A DNA stretch of 64,000 nt from Candidatus Omnitrophota bacterium (GTDB taxonomy: Bacteria > Omnitrophota > Gorgyraeia > B26-G9): contig JBDRPX010000006.1 of NCBI GenBank assembly GCA_043826565.1, forward strand, positions 14,456 through 78,455. Reading direction: 5' to 3'. Below the pieces are notes generated by a model. It saw only the letters and a list, made by a program, of their open reading frames with translations. It searched no databases and had not been told where the DNA came from. Shown in pieces: positions 52,712 to 62,926 of the stretch (positions are counted from its first letter, which is position 1; the number at the start of each line of letters is the position of its first letter). Made by a program: the position numbers and the translations under genes.

Positions 52712-55546
52712 CTAACGGCATAAACTCACAAACGGGCAATATCGGCAGGATTCCTCGGATTCATCAGACACAAAAGGCATATTCATATCATGGATCTCTT
52801 CAATAATAAAACTAAGCAGGCCCAGGCACAACTGCATAATTTCATCTTTATGCTCATATTCTTTTGGCTTGGGGAAATAATTCATATCCAGGGTTCTTAA
52901 ATTATAGAGCGCCGCGCTAACTATCTGCCCAGGATACTGCTCCTGCACACAATGCAAATATAAAGGCAGCTGAAAAGACCGAATTGACTTTTTTATGATC
53001 TGACGATCCGGAGCCTCCATTGCTTTTTCTAAAGTAGCCAAACCACGCGGAGTAATATCCGAACTGCCGGTTTTATAATCAAGCACTAATAAGTTTTCTG
53101 AATCAATCCGGTCAATCCGGTCAATCCGGCATTTAAAGGAAACAGTCCGGCTGCCCAGATCAATATTTTTGACTATCTCCTGCTCTAAACCTTCAATGCT
53201 GGCTACCGGCCGGACCTTAGGATCGGCTTCATTATCCAAAAATCTTTCCAAGCGATGCCTTAGTATTTGCTCAATCATAAAAGCATCTGATTTCATCCTG
53301 CGGGAAAACTCAGCCGCAAAACGTTTATCAAATTCCTTGAAAAATCTTTTTCTAAAAGCATCGTTTATTACCGGAGTATTTTTCATAAACGGCTTAAAAG
53401 TGTCTTCTAAAAGGTCATGAGTAAAAGTCCCGACTTCCCGGCTTTCCAGCTCATCAAGCATATCTTCTTTTTCACTTAAACCCAATACATATCGATAATA
53501 AAATTGCATTGGGCAATTAAGGTATGTATTTACACTCGAGGCTGAAAACGTAATGTCTTTTAAAAATTCCTCAACATTATTGTCTTTGGCAATTTCTCCC
53601 TGTTTCTGAAGCACTTCCACATTAAAAGCAGCTCGGGGAACACTCACCACTCCCATTGATTTAGCTTCTTTTTCTTTTTGCCAGATAATCTCTTCAATAA
53701 AGCGGCTTTTTTCTTTATCCGGGCTATCGTTATATACTAGATGAACATTCTTGGCTCCGCTGATCAGCCGCATAAACTGGTATCTTTGAATTCCTTCTTC
53801 TTCCTCCAACCGATCAATCCCCAAGCTAACCATTATCGGCCGCGGCACCAGGGGTTCATTAGCGCTAAGCCTCGGCAAGATGGATTCATTAACATCCAGG
53901 ATAATGACATTTTCGAAACTCAAAGCCCGGGTCTCAAATAGCCCCAGCACTTGCAGACCTTTTAACGGAGTTCCGGAAAAAGCAATTTTTTCAGTTTTTA
54001 AAAAATCATCGAATATTTTAAATATCTCAAGTGTTCCAAAACGCTCCTTAACAATGGCCGGAGCTTTAAATTCTTCCGCGATTGAATAAATCTTTTTAAT
54101 AATCTTAATATTCAGAGGATAATTGCTTAACACACTTTTTTCTACCAGCATATCCAGGAAATCTGATAGCTTATCAGCAAATTCGCCTAAAGAACCGATC
54201 TCTTCCCACATACAAAATGCATAATGATGAAGTTTGCTTAGAAAATCCTTCAGGTCATCGGTTTTTAAATCAAAACCCATGGGTTGCAGCTGTTCCAGAT
54301 TAAGCGTATACAATTCTTCCTGATTTTCAATTAACTCAATATCTAAAAATAAACTGCCGGACAAAGTTGATTCCGCAAGGCCGGAAAGCATCTCTTCAAT
54401 TTTATGAACCATCATTCTAGTGGGAGTTCCGTCTTTAAAAAATGCTAGATTTTTAAGCAACGGATGCATCAGCACTGCTAAATAATCTTTTGCATAGTAG
54501 CCCTGCTTATTTCGAGTTTTTTGAGCCCGATTTATCGCACTGAAAAGGCTATATAAACTACTCCGGCGCACAGGATACCCCATGGATACATTATAATCAT
54601 CAACCGAAGATGTAATCTCACTTAATAAAGGCAGCAAAGTATCCGCCTGAGGCAAAACAACTACGGTACTATTTTTGTTTTTTATTTCTTTCAGTATCTG
54701 GCGAACTATCCCGACCTCTGAATGATTATCAAACCCGGCATACAAATTAATCTCCGGGCCGGAATCAGGACTTTGGGCAGATATAATATCAGCTTTCAAA
54801 AATTCCGCCAGCTCTTCAAATTGCTGCCATTTGCTTTGGTCCTTTTGAAAAAATAATATTGCCTTTGAACTATCATAATAGTTTTTAATAACTTTTTTCT
54901 CTGTTAAGTGCAGATCAAAGAAATTACAAAATAAAATTTTATCAAATTCTTCAAGGCTCTGATCCGCCACAATTTCTGAGGCTCGAAGATACAAAAATCC
55001 CCGGGCATACTTATTATCTTCAATCAAATTTTGATGATACAGCTCCCGCAATCTCATAAGATTCTCAAGCAAAGCATTAATATTATCCGGAACTTCATAA
55101 CCAATCTGAGCATTACGCTCAATACTTATCAATCTGTCCTGATCAATGTTTTCGATATCCAGCTGATCGATAAAAGAACTTATTTCCCGAGCCCAAGGAA
55201 GAAAATCAGAAAAATCTTCTCGGGACTTTAATATCTCAGGAATATTAGTTTTCGCTATTCTGTAAATTGAATAACAAGCTTCTAAATCAGGAATCCTGGT
55301 GACCTTCTTACCCGAACAGACTAAATAGTTCATAAAATCATCTATAGAAAAAAACTTAGGCGGAATAAAACTTTTCTTTATTTTCTTTGCTAAATTACGC
55401 TTTAGAAATAAAGCCGGTCTTCGCCCTCCAAAAACAATCGCAATCCGGCTTAAATCCTGCGTGTTTTGAGCATAGTTATCGACGATAAAACTACCCAGCC
55501 GATCAATAAAATCATCATTAAAATTATAGGTTATTATTCTATCCAT
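52712..55546 (-). CDS. addB: AddB-like subunit: inactive helicase plus PD-(D/E)XK nuclease with Fe-S cysteines
   Basis: LQVLGLFETR, SASSVNTYLNCP, RIDRID...LDYKTG, QLPLY, C-terminal CRYCPF..LC. Confidence 0.85.
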   Translation of the reverse strand: MDRIITYNFNDDFIDRLGSFIVDNYAQNTQDLSRIAIVFGGRRPALFLKRNLAKKIKKSFIPPKFFSIDDFMNYLVCSGKKVTRIPDLEACYSIYRIAKTNIPEILKSREDFSDFLPWAREISSFIDQLDIENIDQDRLISIERNAQIGYEVPDNINALLENLMRLRELYHQNLIEDNKYARGFLYLRASEIVADQSLEEFDKILFCNFFDLHLTEKKVIKNYYDSSKAILFFQKDQSKWQQFEELAEFLKADIISAQSPDSGPEINLYAGFDNHSEVGIVRQILKEIKNKNSTVVVLPQADTLLPLLSEITSSVDDYNVSMGYPVRRSSLYSLFSAINRAQKTRNKQGYYAKDYLAVLMHPLLKNLAFFKDGTPTRMMVHKIEEMLSGLAESTLSGSLFLDIELIENQEELYTLNLEQLQPMGFDLKTDDLKDFLSKLHHYAFCMWEEIGSLGEFADKLSDFLDMLVEKSVLSNYPLNIKIIKKIYSIAEEFKAPAIVKERFGTLEIFKIFDDFLKTEKIAFSGTPLKGLQVLGLFETRALSFENVIILDVNESILPRLSANEPLVPRPIMVSLGIDRLEEEEGIQRYQFMRLISGAKNVHLVYNDSPDKEKSRFIEEIIWQKEKEAKSMGVVSVPRAAFNVEVLQKQGEIAKDNNVEEFLKDITFSASSVNTYLNCPMQFYYRYVLGLSEKEDMLDELESREVGTFTHDLLEDTFKPFMKNTPVINDAFRKRFFKEFDKRFAAEFSRRMKSDAFMIEQILRHRLERFLDNEADPKVRPVASIEGLEQEIVKNIDLGSRTVSFKCRIDRIDRIDSENLLVLDYKTGSSDITPRGLATLEKAMEAPDRQIIKKSIRSFQLPLYLHCVQEQYPGQIVSAALYNLRTLDMNYFPKPKEYEHKDEIMQLCLGLLSFIIEEIHDMNMPFVSDESEESCRYCPFVSLCR

Positions 55547-55553
55547 TTAACCT

Positions 55554-58500
55554 TTACCATTGCTTAATTTCTTCTTTAGTCATCGAGTCCATGTAGATCA
55601 AGACTCCCGTTACTTTTTTATCAGGATATATCTCAGAGACTGATTTCATATACCCCTGAACCTGCTTGATATTATCTTCTTTTGCTTCTGGAGAACTCTT
55701 ATAATCTATTACCAAAGCTTGATTTTCTTTAATTATTAATCTATCCAGGCGCTGGGTAATACCATTCCTGCTGATTATTTCTCTTTCACAAAACACTATT
55801 GCCTGATCAAGGTAGAAGAATTCTTTAAGGCTTTCTTTAGTAATTAATTTTTTAATGGTTTCAGTATACCCCTTATGGTCTTTAATAAAAAAATATTCCT
55901 GTTTTAAGATAGTATTGAAGTTTTCGGACAATTTATCTAAATTTTGATCATTTAAATTTTCCACTTGTGCTAACAAATCATGAAGCACTTCTCCCCGCTT
56001 AGCCTTTAACCTGCTTTTTAATTCATCAGCTGTTGCAAACTCATCTTTTAAAACTGCAATCCAATCTCGATACTCCGGAGGCTCTATAAGGAGAGTTACC
56101 TGCCTCTCCGAGATATCTTTTGCGCCATAGACAACCCGCGCTCCCCTTTGCTTAATACTTTCCGGGACAAGAAATTTTGCTAAGTTATTAACTTTTTTCT
56201 GAGTATAAGGAATAAAAATATACAATTCTTTCTGGGCCCTGGTAAAAGTAACATAAACAACATTAAGTTCATCAATGAAAGCCCGGACATATTCTCTTTT
56301 ATATATCTGGCTAATCCGACGGGAAAATTTGGCATATTTAGCATCCAAACGAAGAAGCCCAAACACCGACTCTTTTTCTTTTTCATAAACCACATACGGA
56401 GCCCGGGCCTTTTTAGTTTGAGTTCCTAACTCCCGGATATTTATTTCCAGGAATGGAGAAATCACAACCGGAAACCCTAAACCTTTAGCTTTATGAATTG
56501 TCATTACTTTTACAGCATTTTCATCAGAAAAATTAACATATAAATGTTGATCCGGAGCATTCTCTAAATACTCCAGGAACAATGATATATCCAGGCACTC
56601 TTCTTCTTGCTCTTTTATCAGCTCTAAAAATCTCATGAAGAATCCCTGATACTGAGGAAAGTTATTAAAAACCTTAAACTTTGCTAAAATACTAACCATA
56701 AGCTCATAGAAAGATATTAAACCGACATTTTTAAAAAATTCGGAAATAAACTCGCCCCAAACTTCAGGATACTGATTTTTAAAAGCCCGGTACAAATATG
56801 CGCTTCCTTCATTTTTATTTCGATTAATTGTGTAGATAAAATCAGAAATTTCTTTTCTTTGCAGAGAACTTGCGCTTAAGAAAACATCCCCCATAATGAA
56901 TCCGGCAAAATTAATACTATCAATCGGAGAGTTTAGGAATTTTAAAAAAGCGATAAGTTCCTGGATAAGTGGATTATTAGTAATATTCAGGGTACGCTCT
57001 GATTCAACATTTATTTTTTCCCCAGACAACCACCCGGTAATTAACTCAATCTCCCGGTTACTGCGGCAAAGGATAGCAATTGATTTCAAAGAGAAACGGG
57101 TTTTAAGTTCATTCACAGTTTGGATCAAATGGGCTTTAATGAGTTCTTCTTTTTCTTCCTTATCAATATATTCAATATATTCGACATTAACAAAGCCTTG
57201 GGATTTTTTAGGGATAAACTCCTGCTGGGAATCAGTAAAGCCTTCTAAGACTTCATTAATTTCTTCACTTGAGAGTTCCCGCAAACTATCCTGCTGGTGG
57301 TCCTGCGTAGTACCTAAAAATCTTTTAAGGTTATTACCTGAAAAAACTTCATTATTAAAAAGCACGATCTCTTTTTCTGATCGATAGTTTGTTCGCAGGC
57401 TAATTTTGTCATTTACATTATAGCTTGAAAAATCATGTTTAATTTTATCAAAAAGACCGACATCTCCCCCGCGAAAGCGATAAATAGCCTGCTTTTTATC
57501 CCCCACACAGAATAACGATCCTCCGGTAGCCAAAGCATCTTCAATCATCAAGAACAAATTACCCCATTGCAATCGACTGGTATCCTGGAATTCATCAACT
57601 AAATAATGCTTAAACCTGCCCGCCAAACGATAATAGAGCTCCGGCACGCTTAAATTCACTTCATCAAAAAGAACTCTAGCCTGTTTATTTAACTCTTCCA
57701 TGAAAACAACATCATCCCGACGGGCATATTGTCGATAGTAACTATAGACCTCGTTAAAAATATCAATATAGCAATTAAATAAACTCAATGCCTCTTTTTC
57801 ACTCAATATAACAATTGATTCCCGGAAAGGCTTCCAATAAGAACTCAATTCCCGATCAGCAACAAAACCTTTATTCATGGGCAATTCTTCTAAGTAGAAT
57901 TTCTGACTTTTTAAATCACCAACATTAAATCCATGCGTATTATTTTTTAAAAAGGTTCCCAGGCTTTTCAGAAAGGTCTTATTCATCCCTTCGGGGTTTT
58001 TATCATGAATTTTTCTCAGCAGTTCGATGATATTTTGCTTAAGAATTATTAACTCTTTCTCCGCCGTAGGAAATTTTTCAAAAGTGCCGCCATAAGTATT
58101 ACTTTGGGAAAATAATCCCGACAGGATATCAAGAATATCATTTTTCGGAAACCAGCCGGTGCGGTTTTCTAAAAACATATACTGGTTTAAAAAATTCTCG
58201 AAGATGTTTTTTATGTTGGAGTCCTTAGCTACTTTATCAATACATTCATCAAGAGCATAGGAAACATATTTTGAATAATTTTCTTTTATATTAAAATTCG
58301 CCGACAGATCCAATTCCGAAGCGCATCCGGAAAGAATAACATTAATAAAGCTGTCAATGTTTTTGACTTGAAAAAAATTGTAATTGCAGATTATATGATC
58401 CAGCACGCGAAAGGCTTTTTCGCGGGCTTGTTTTTCACCGACCCCCACCGCACTAAGCAGATCATTTTTTTCGTCGATATTATCAAAAGCATCAAGCGCG

Positions 58501-58727
58501 ATCTTTTTGAGCTGTTCTAAGATACGCTCCCGCATTTCCCGGGTAGCTTTGTGGGTAAAGGTAATTGCCAGGATATTACGTAAAGGAATTTCTTCGGGCT
58601 TTATCCGGGGATTGATCAGCAGTTGGATATAGCGTTTGGCTAAAGCATATGTTTTCCCGGAACCTGCAGAGGCTTCGACAATGCGTACTTCGGGGAAAGT
58701 CAATTGTGAAGAATCGTTTTTGTTCAT
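55554..58727 (-). CDS. addA: AddA-like UvrD helicase-nuclease
   Basis: ASAGSGKT, AITFT, VDEFQDT, VGDKKQAIYRFRG, NYRS, MTIHKAKGL, YVTFTRA, C-terminal RLDRL...IDYKS. Confidence 0.9.
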   Translation of the reverse strand: MNKNDSSQLTFPEVRIVEASAGSGKTYALAKRYIQLLINPRIKPEEIPLRNILAITFTHKATREMRERILEQLKKIALDAFDNIDEKNDLLSAVGVGEKQAREKAFRVLDHIICNYNFFQVKNIDSFINVILSGCASELDLSANFNIKENYSKYVSYALDECIDKVAKDSNIKNIFENFLNQYMFLENRTGWFPKNDILDILSGLFSQSNTYGGTFEKFPTAEKELIILKQNIIELLRKIHDKNPEGMNKTFLKSLGTFLKNNTHGFNVGDLKSQKFYLEELPMNKGFVADRELSSYWKPFRESIVILSEKEALSLFNCYIDIFNEVYSYYRQYARRDDVVFMEELNKQARVLFDEVNLSVPELYYRLAGRFKHYLVDEFQDTSRLQWGNLFLMIEDALATGGSLFCVGDKKQAIYRFRGGDVGLFDKIKHDFSSYNVNDKISLRTNYRSEKEIVLFNNEVFSGNNLKRFLGTTQDHQQDSLRELSSEEINEVLEGFTDSQQEFIPKKSQGFVNVEYIEYIDKEEKEELIKAHLIQTVNELKTRFSLKSIAILCRSNREIELITGWLSGEKINVESERTLNITNNPLIQELIAFLKFLNSPIDSINFAGFIMGDVFLSASSLQRKEISDFIYTINRNKNEGSAYLYRAFKNQYPEVWGEFISEFFKNVGLISFYELMVSILAKFKVFNNFPQYQGFFMRFLELIKEQEEECLDISLFLEYLENAPDQHLYVNFSDENAVKVMTIHKAKGLGFPVVISPFLEINIRELGTQTKKARAPYVVYEKEKESVFGLLRLDAKYAKFSRRISQIYKREYVRAFIDELNVVYVTFTRAQKELYIFIPYTQKKVNNLAKFLVPESIKQRGARVVYGAKDISERQVTLLIEPPEYRDWIAVLKDEFATADELKSRLKAKRGEVLHDLLAQVENLNDQNLDKLSENFNTILKQEYFFIKDHKGYTETIKKLITKESLKEFFYLDQAIVFCEREIISRNGITQRLDRLIIKENQALVIDYKSSPEAKEDNIKQVQGYMKSVSEIYPDKKVTGVLIYMDSMTKEEIKQW

Positions 58728-58759
58728 AAGCGGAAAACTACCGAAAAACCTAAAATCAC

Positions 58760-59524
58760 TTAAAACTTATAGGTAAAATTTACGGATAAAGCCTTTTCGT
58801 CGACAAAACGCCCTTCTAAACCGACTTTAAACTTTTCCGTAGGAATTAGGAATCCCAAAAATACACCAACATTGCTCTTGCCATGTGTTTGCATAAGCTC
58901 ATAAGTTGTACCTCCGGCACTGAGTTTAGCCGAAGCATCAGCATTGGAATATTTACCGCCGATATAAAAAACGCACATATCGAAATTCTTGATAATTCCT
59001 AAAGCTAGCTGTGTTTCTCTCCACTCGGCGTCATTAGCACTGGTTATCGCGCTTCCGGTATAGCTTATTGTTCCGGAGTTAAATGACTCATACCCCATAT
59101 CTGTGATTTCCCGATATTTAAAATCAATGAACGGCCATACTCCGAGATCTTCCAATTCGTCAATAAAAATGGCCATGTTCACACCAAATCCCCAGGCCGG
59201 AGTATCTGCTAAATTAAATTTATTCGCTCCATAAGAATATTCAACGTCATAAGCCTGGCCATACATCCCATAAAAATCTATGGCATATGGCGTAGAATAA
59301 GTCAGTTTCAGCATACCGAAATTAGCCGCGATATCCGAGCTCAACTCCTTCATATTACGCTCACTAACCATATCCATTTCCGCGCTCAGCGAAAACTGAT
59401 TCTCTGTGATTCGTTCTACAGTTAAGGCCTTTAAGCAATACGGTAAATCTACCGGCGACGCAAAAACATTAGCACAATAAATTAAAACCGTTACTAAAAC
59501 CAACCTTGATAAAATCCTTTTCAT
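58760..59524 (-). CDS. Outer-membrane beta-barrel protein, chlamydial-MOMP-like
   Basis: Signal peptide, alternating beta-strand pattern, terminal Phe (VNFTYKF); EW..QLAL, YIGGKYS and EGRFVDEKA resemble the chlamydial MOMP C-terminus. Confidence 0.7.
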   Translation of the reverse strand: MKRILSRLVLVTVLIYCANVFASPVDLPYCLKALTVERITENQFSLSAEMDMVSERNMKELSSDIAANFGMLKLTYSTPYAIDFYGMYGQAYDVEYSYGANKFNLADTPAWGFGVNMAIFIDELEDLGVWPFIDFKYREITDMGYESFNSGTISYTGSAITSANDAEWRETQLALGIIKNFDMCVFYIGGKYSNADASAKLSAGGTTYELMQTHGKSNVGVFLGFLIPTEKFKVGLEGRFVDEKALSVNFTYKF

Positions 59525-59610
59525 ACCACCCTCCTTTTAATAAAGTCCATATTGTTAAAATTTACAATTTCCAATATCCAAAATTAGATTATTGTTTGTT
59601 TTTTTATTTT

Positions 59611-59730
59611 TCCTACTTCTTGAATCTTGTATCCGGCATCCGGTATCTTATTTTAGCAAGCAACAGTTTCGTTTTCGCCCGTGAACCTCTTTTAGATTCT
59701 CGCTACTTGCTACTTTCTTCTCTCTACTTT
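59611..59730. repeat. Degenerate heptamer tandem repeats (intergenic)
   Basis: TCCTACT TCTTGAA TCTTGTA TCCGGCA TCCGGTA TCTTATT and TCGCTAC TTGCTAC TTTCTTC TCTCTAC. Confidence 0.55.
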
Positions 59731-59763
59731 TTTTACTATACTACTTTTATCAAATAAAATCAA

Positions 59764-62700
59764 TTACTTAACGATATCTGAGATATCTTCAAACCCCTTC
59801 CAGTCATACTCATATGTCCGCTTCTTTTTGGGTTTTAATAATACGGTCAAATCCGTGAACAATAAGAATATACTCGGAACAAGAAATAGCGTAAATACTG
59901 TGGCCACCGAAAGGCCGCCTAATACGGTAATTGCCAAAGGCGCCCATAACCCGGCTCCTTCGGTCCGGTCTAAGGCCATGGGCAAAAGACCGAACAATGT
60001 CGTAAAAGACGTCATCATAATCGGCCTTAACCGGTCCAGCCCGGCCATTATTGCGGCTTTATACCGATTAGTCTTTTTCTCCCGGATAAAATAATTTATC
60101 CGGTCAACAAGAATAATCGCATTATTAACAACTATCCCGGCAAGCATAATGATCCCGATAAAAACGGAAACACTCTTTGGTTTTTTAAATATACATAAAG
60201 CTAAAGTCACTCCGATCAAAGCCAGCGGTACCGAAGAAAGAATTACCAGAGGCTGAATGTATGACGCGAACAATGCCGCTAAGACCATATAAATAAGCGT
60301 AATAGTTACCCAGGTAACAAACACCAGTTCTTTTCTACCGCGCATCATCTTTTCATACTCGCCGCCAAATTTATAATAGTAATTTTTGGGCAGCTTCATA
60401 TCCGCTAAATGCTCCTGAACGATTTCTACCGTACGCCCCAGATCAAACTTGGTCATTGTCGCGCTGACTTCTATCATTCTCTGTTTATTCTTACGCCATA
60501 TTTCCGTGGGGCCTTCTCCGGGTTTAAATTTGGCCAACTGCTCAAAATAGACAATGTTCCCATCATTAGTAATTAAAGTCAGTTTATGTACATCGTCAAA
60601 AGTTTTACGGTCTTCCCGGCGCAAACGGGCAATAGTTTCGATTTCTTTGGCCTCAGAATGATACTGAGTAGCCACAAGCCCTCTCATCTTAGCATGAATA
60701 GTTTCGGAAATATCACTTACACTCAAGCCCCATTTAATTGCTTTAGCTTTATCAATTTCTGCCAGCAATTCCGGACGTTTCTCTCTCATTCTTATCTTTA
60801 CATCAACCAGCCCCTGGATCTGGCTTAAACGCTTGGATATATTAATCGCTATCTGGCGCAGTGTATTATAATCATAACCGTATATCTCGATAAATAATTC
60901 CTTGGACGCCATACTTTGCGGTTCTTCAAAATATATAAAAGCATTCGGAATATCCCTCACCTTTTCGCGCAATGCGTTAATAACTTCGCGGTTAGATCTT
61001 TCCCTCTCGGACAAAGGAACGAGTTTTACAAATACTCTGCTTGACCAAGGCTTAATTCGGCTGGACAAAGTCTTTATTTCCGGAACTTCTGCTAAAATAT
61101 CCTCGACCTGCTTAATCACCTGATCGGAAATATCCAGTTTTGCTCCGGTCGGCAGCTCGACAAAAATAGTAAATTCATTTTCCTGGGTCTTTCCCAAAAA
61201 TTCCATGCCCAGTCTTTCACTAAAAACATAAAAAGAAATACCAAAAACACAAAAAACCGCGATCACTAAATATATTCTAAACCGGAGGATTTTTCCCAAT
61301 AAAAACCGATATGTCCTCTGCACTTTCTTAAACAGTTCACCCATCCTGGCTTTGCGTTTTTTAACCTCCTCCTCTTTTTTATCAACTTCAATAAAAAGGC
61401 GTTCCTCTTCCGGTTCCTCATCGGTGGGAATTTTTTTCGGCTTTAACCAATTAGTCAGCACCGGAACTAAGGTAACGGCCACAAAAAGACTGGCTAAGAG
61501 CGCATAAACAATGGTTACCGCCAGACCTTGATACATAAGCCGGATTTCTTTATTAACAAAAATAAACGGCAAGAATACAATCACTGTGGTTAAAGTAGAA
61601 GCAAATATTGCCAGCCACATTTCCTCAGCACCCTGGATAACCGCTTCGGTACTATCCATATCCGTCTGGCGTTTTTTGGATATATTATCCAAAACAACAA
61701 TAGCATTATCGACAAGCATTCCGCTTCCTAGCGCCAGCCCGCTTAAAGTCATAACATTAACCGTCAGTTTCTGAACATACATTAAAATAAACGTACATAT
61801 AATCGCCGTAGGAATAGCAATTCCGACGGTAATCGTGGAACCGATATCTTTAAGAAATAGCCACAGGACAAGAATCGCCAGAAAAGCCCCGAACAGCAAT
61901 GAACTTTGCACATCCTTGATCGCCTTTTGGATAAAATCTCCCTGATTATAAACCGGGATAAGCCGGATACCCCGGCGAGGCAGATCTTCGTATTTTTTAA
62001 ATTCCTCAATTTCTTTGACAATTTCAGCGGTTACCCGCAGGGTATTGGCCATACTTTCTTTTTGCACATAAACAGACACTGTCGGCGCAAGATTAGTCCG
62101 GGCATAGCTGGTTGCCTCTAAATAAGAATCTTTTACATTGGCCAGGTCTTTTAAACGGATAATTGTTCCGCCCTGGGTAGAAGCAATGCCCATATTTTTG
62201 ATATCTTCGACATCATGATATTCACCGATTATCCGGGCGAGAAATTTATCACTCTGTCTTTCCACATCACCGGCAAGCAAATTAAGGTTATTTGCCCCCA
62301 ATACATTAATTAATTTTGAAATAGGCATATTATACGCATCAAGTTTTTCCTGCGCTATTTCAACGAGGATTTTTCTCTCCCGGCGCCCGCCGATTTCTAC
62401 GTCCGCAACTCCATTAATACGCTCCAGGCGCGACTTCAGGCTTTCATCTACGATCTTACCTAACATTTCTGGAGTGTAACGTTTACCTCCGGTCATCGCT
62501 AAAATCATTACCGGAACATCGGAATATTCATACTTGGCAATAACCGGCTTTTCTATTTCCGGGGGAAGGTCATTTTTTACCCGGGCAAATTTTTCCCGCA
62601 CTTCCAAAGCCGCAAAGTCCATATTGGTTCCCGGCTCAAACTTTATAACAATAGTCGCACTGGCTTCTTCGGAAGTAGATTCGATACTTTTGATATGACT

Positions 62701-62925
62701 TACAGAAGATACTGCTTCTTCGACCGGACGGGTAATCCGCTCTTCGATCTCTACCGGCGGAATACCGCCGCGGACATTAATGAAAATAGTTACATTCCCG
62801 AAACTTGTATTAGGCATTAGCTCTACCGGCAATTCCTGCAATGAAACAGACCCCAGAATTAACACCGCAAAAAAAATCATCATGATGGTTATGGGTTTAT
62901 TCACCGAATAACGCGGCAGGCTCAT
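59764..62925 (-). CDS. RND efflux transporter permease (AcrB/AcrD/AcrF family)
   Basis: LPVELMP, GMLVDNAIVV, ASTLTT, GIVVNNAIILVD, RLRPIMMTS.TT.FGLLPMA; 12-TM RND layout. Confidence 0.95.
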   Translation of the reverse strand: MSLPRYSVNKPITIMMIFFAVLILGSVSLQELPVELMPNTSFGNVTIFINVRGGIPPVEIEERITRPVEEAVSSVSHIKSIESTSEEASATIVIKFEPGTNMDFAALEVREKFARVKNDLPPEIEKPVIAKYEYSDVPVMILAMTGGKRYTPEMLGKIVDESLKSRLERINGVADVEIGGRRERKILVEIAQEKLDAYNMPISKLINVLGANNLNLLAGDVERQSDKFLARIIGEYHDVEDIKNMGIASTQGGTIIRLKDLANVKDSYLEATSYARTNLAPTVSVYVQKESMANTLRVTAEIVKEIEEFKKYEDLPRRGIRLIPVYNQGDFIQKAIKDVQSSLLFGAFLAILVLWLFLKDIGSTITVGIAIPTAIICTFILMYVQKLTVNVMTLSGLALGSGMLVDNAIVVLDNISKKRQTDMDSTEAVIQGAEEMWLAIFASTLTTVIVFLPFIFVNKEIRLMYQGLAVTIVYALLASLFVAVTLVPVLTNWLKPKKIPTDEEPEEERLFIEVDKKEEEVKKRKARMGELFKKVQRTYRFLLGKILRFRIYLVIAVFCVFGISFYVFSERLGMEFLGKTQENEFTIFVELPTGAKLDISDQVIKQVEDILAEVPEIKTLSSRIKPWSSRVFVKLVPLSERERSNREVINALREKVRDIPNAFIYFEEPQSMASKELFIEIYGYDYNTLRQIAINISKRLSQIQGLVDVKIRMREKRPELLAEIDKAKAIKWGLSVSDISETIHAKMRGLVATQYHSEAKEIETIARLRREDRKTFDDVHKLTLITNDGNIVYFEQLAKFKPGEGPTEIWRKNKQRMIEVSATMTKFDLGRTVEIVQEHLADMKLPKNYYYKFGGEYEKMMRGRKELVFVTWVTITLIYMVLAALFASYIQPLVILSSVPLALIGVTLALCIFKKPKSVSVFIGIIMLAGIVVNNAIILVDRINYFIREKKTNRYKAAIMAGLDRLRPIMMTSFTTLFGLLPMALDRTEGAGLWAPLAITVLGGLSVATVFTLFLVPSIFLLFTDLTVLLKPKKKRTYEYDWKGFEDISDIVK

Positions 62926-62926
62926 T

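Noticed and set aside
52712-53560. Cas4-like nuclease (PD-(D/E)XK with four Cys)
   Set aside because: It is the C-terminal domain of a 944-aa protein next to an AddA-type helicase; AddB explains it fully.
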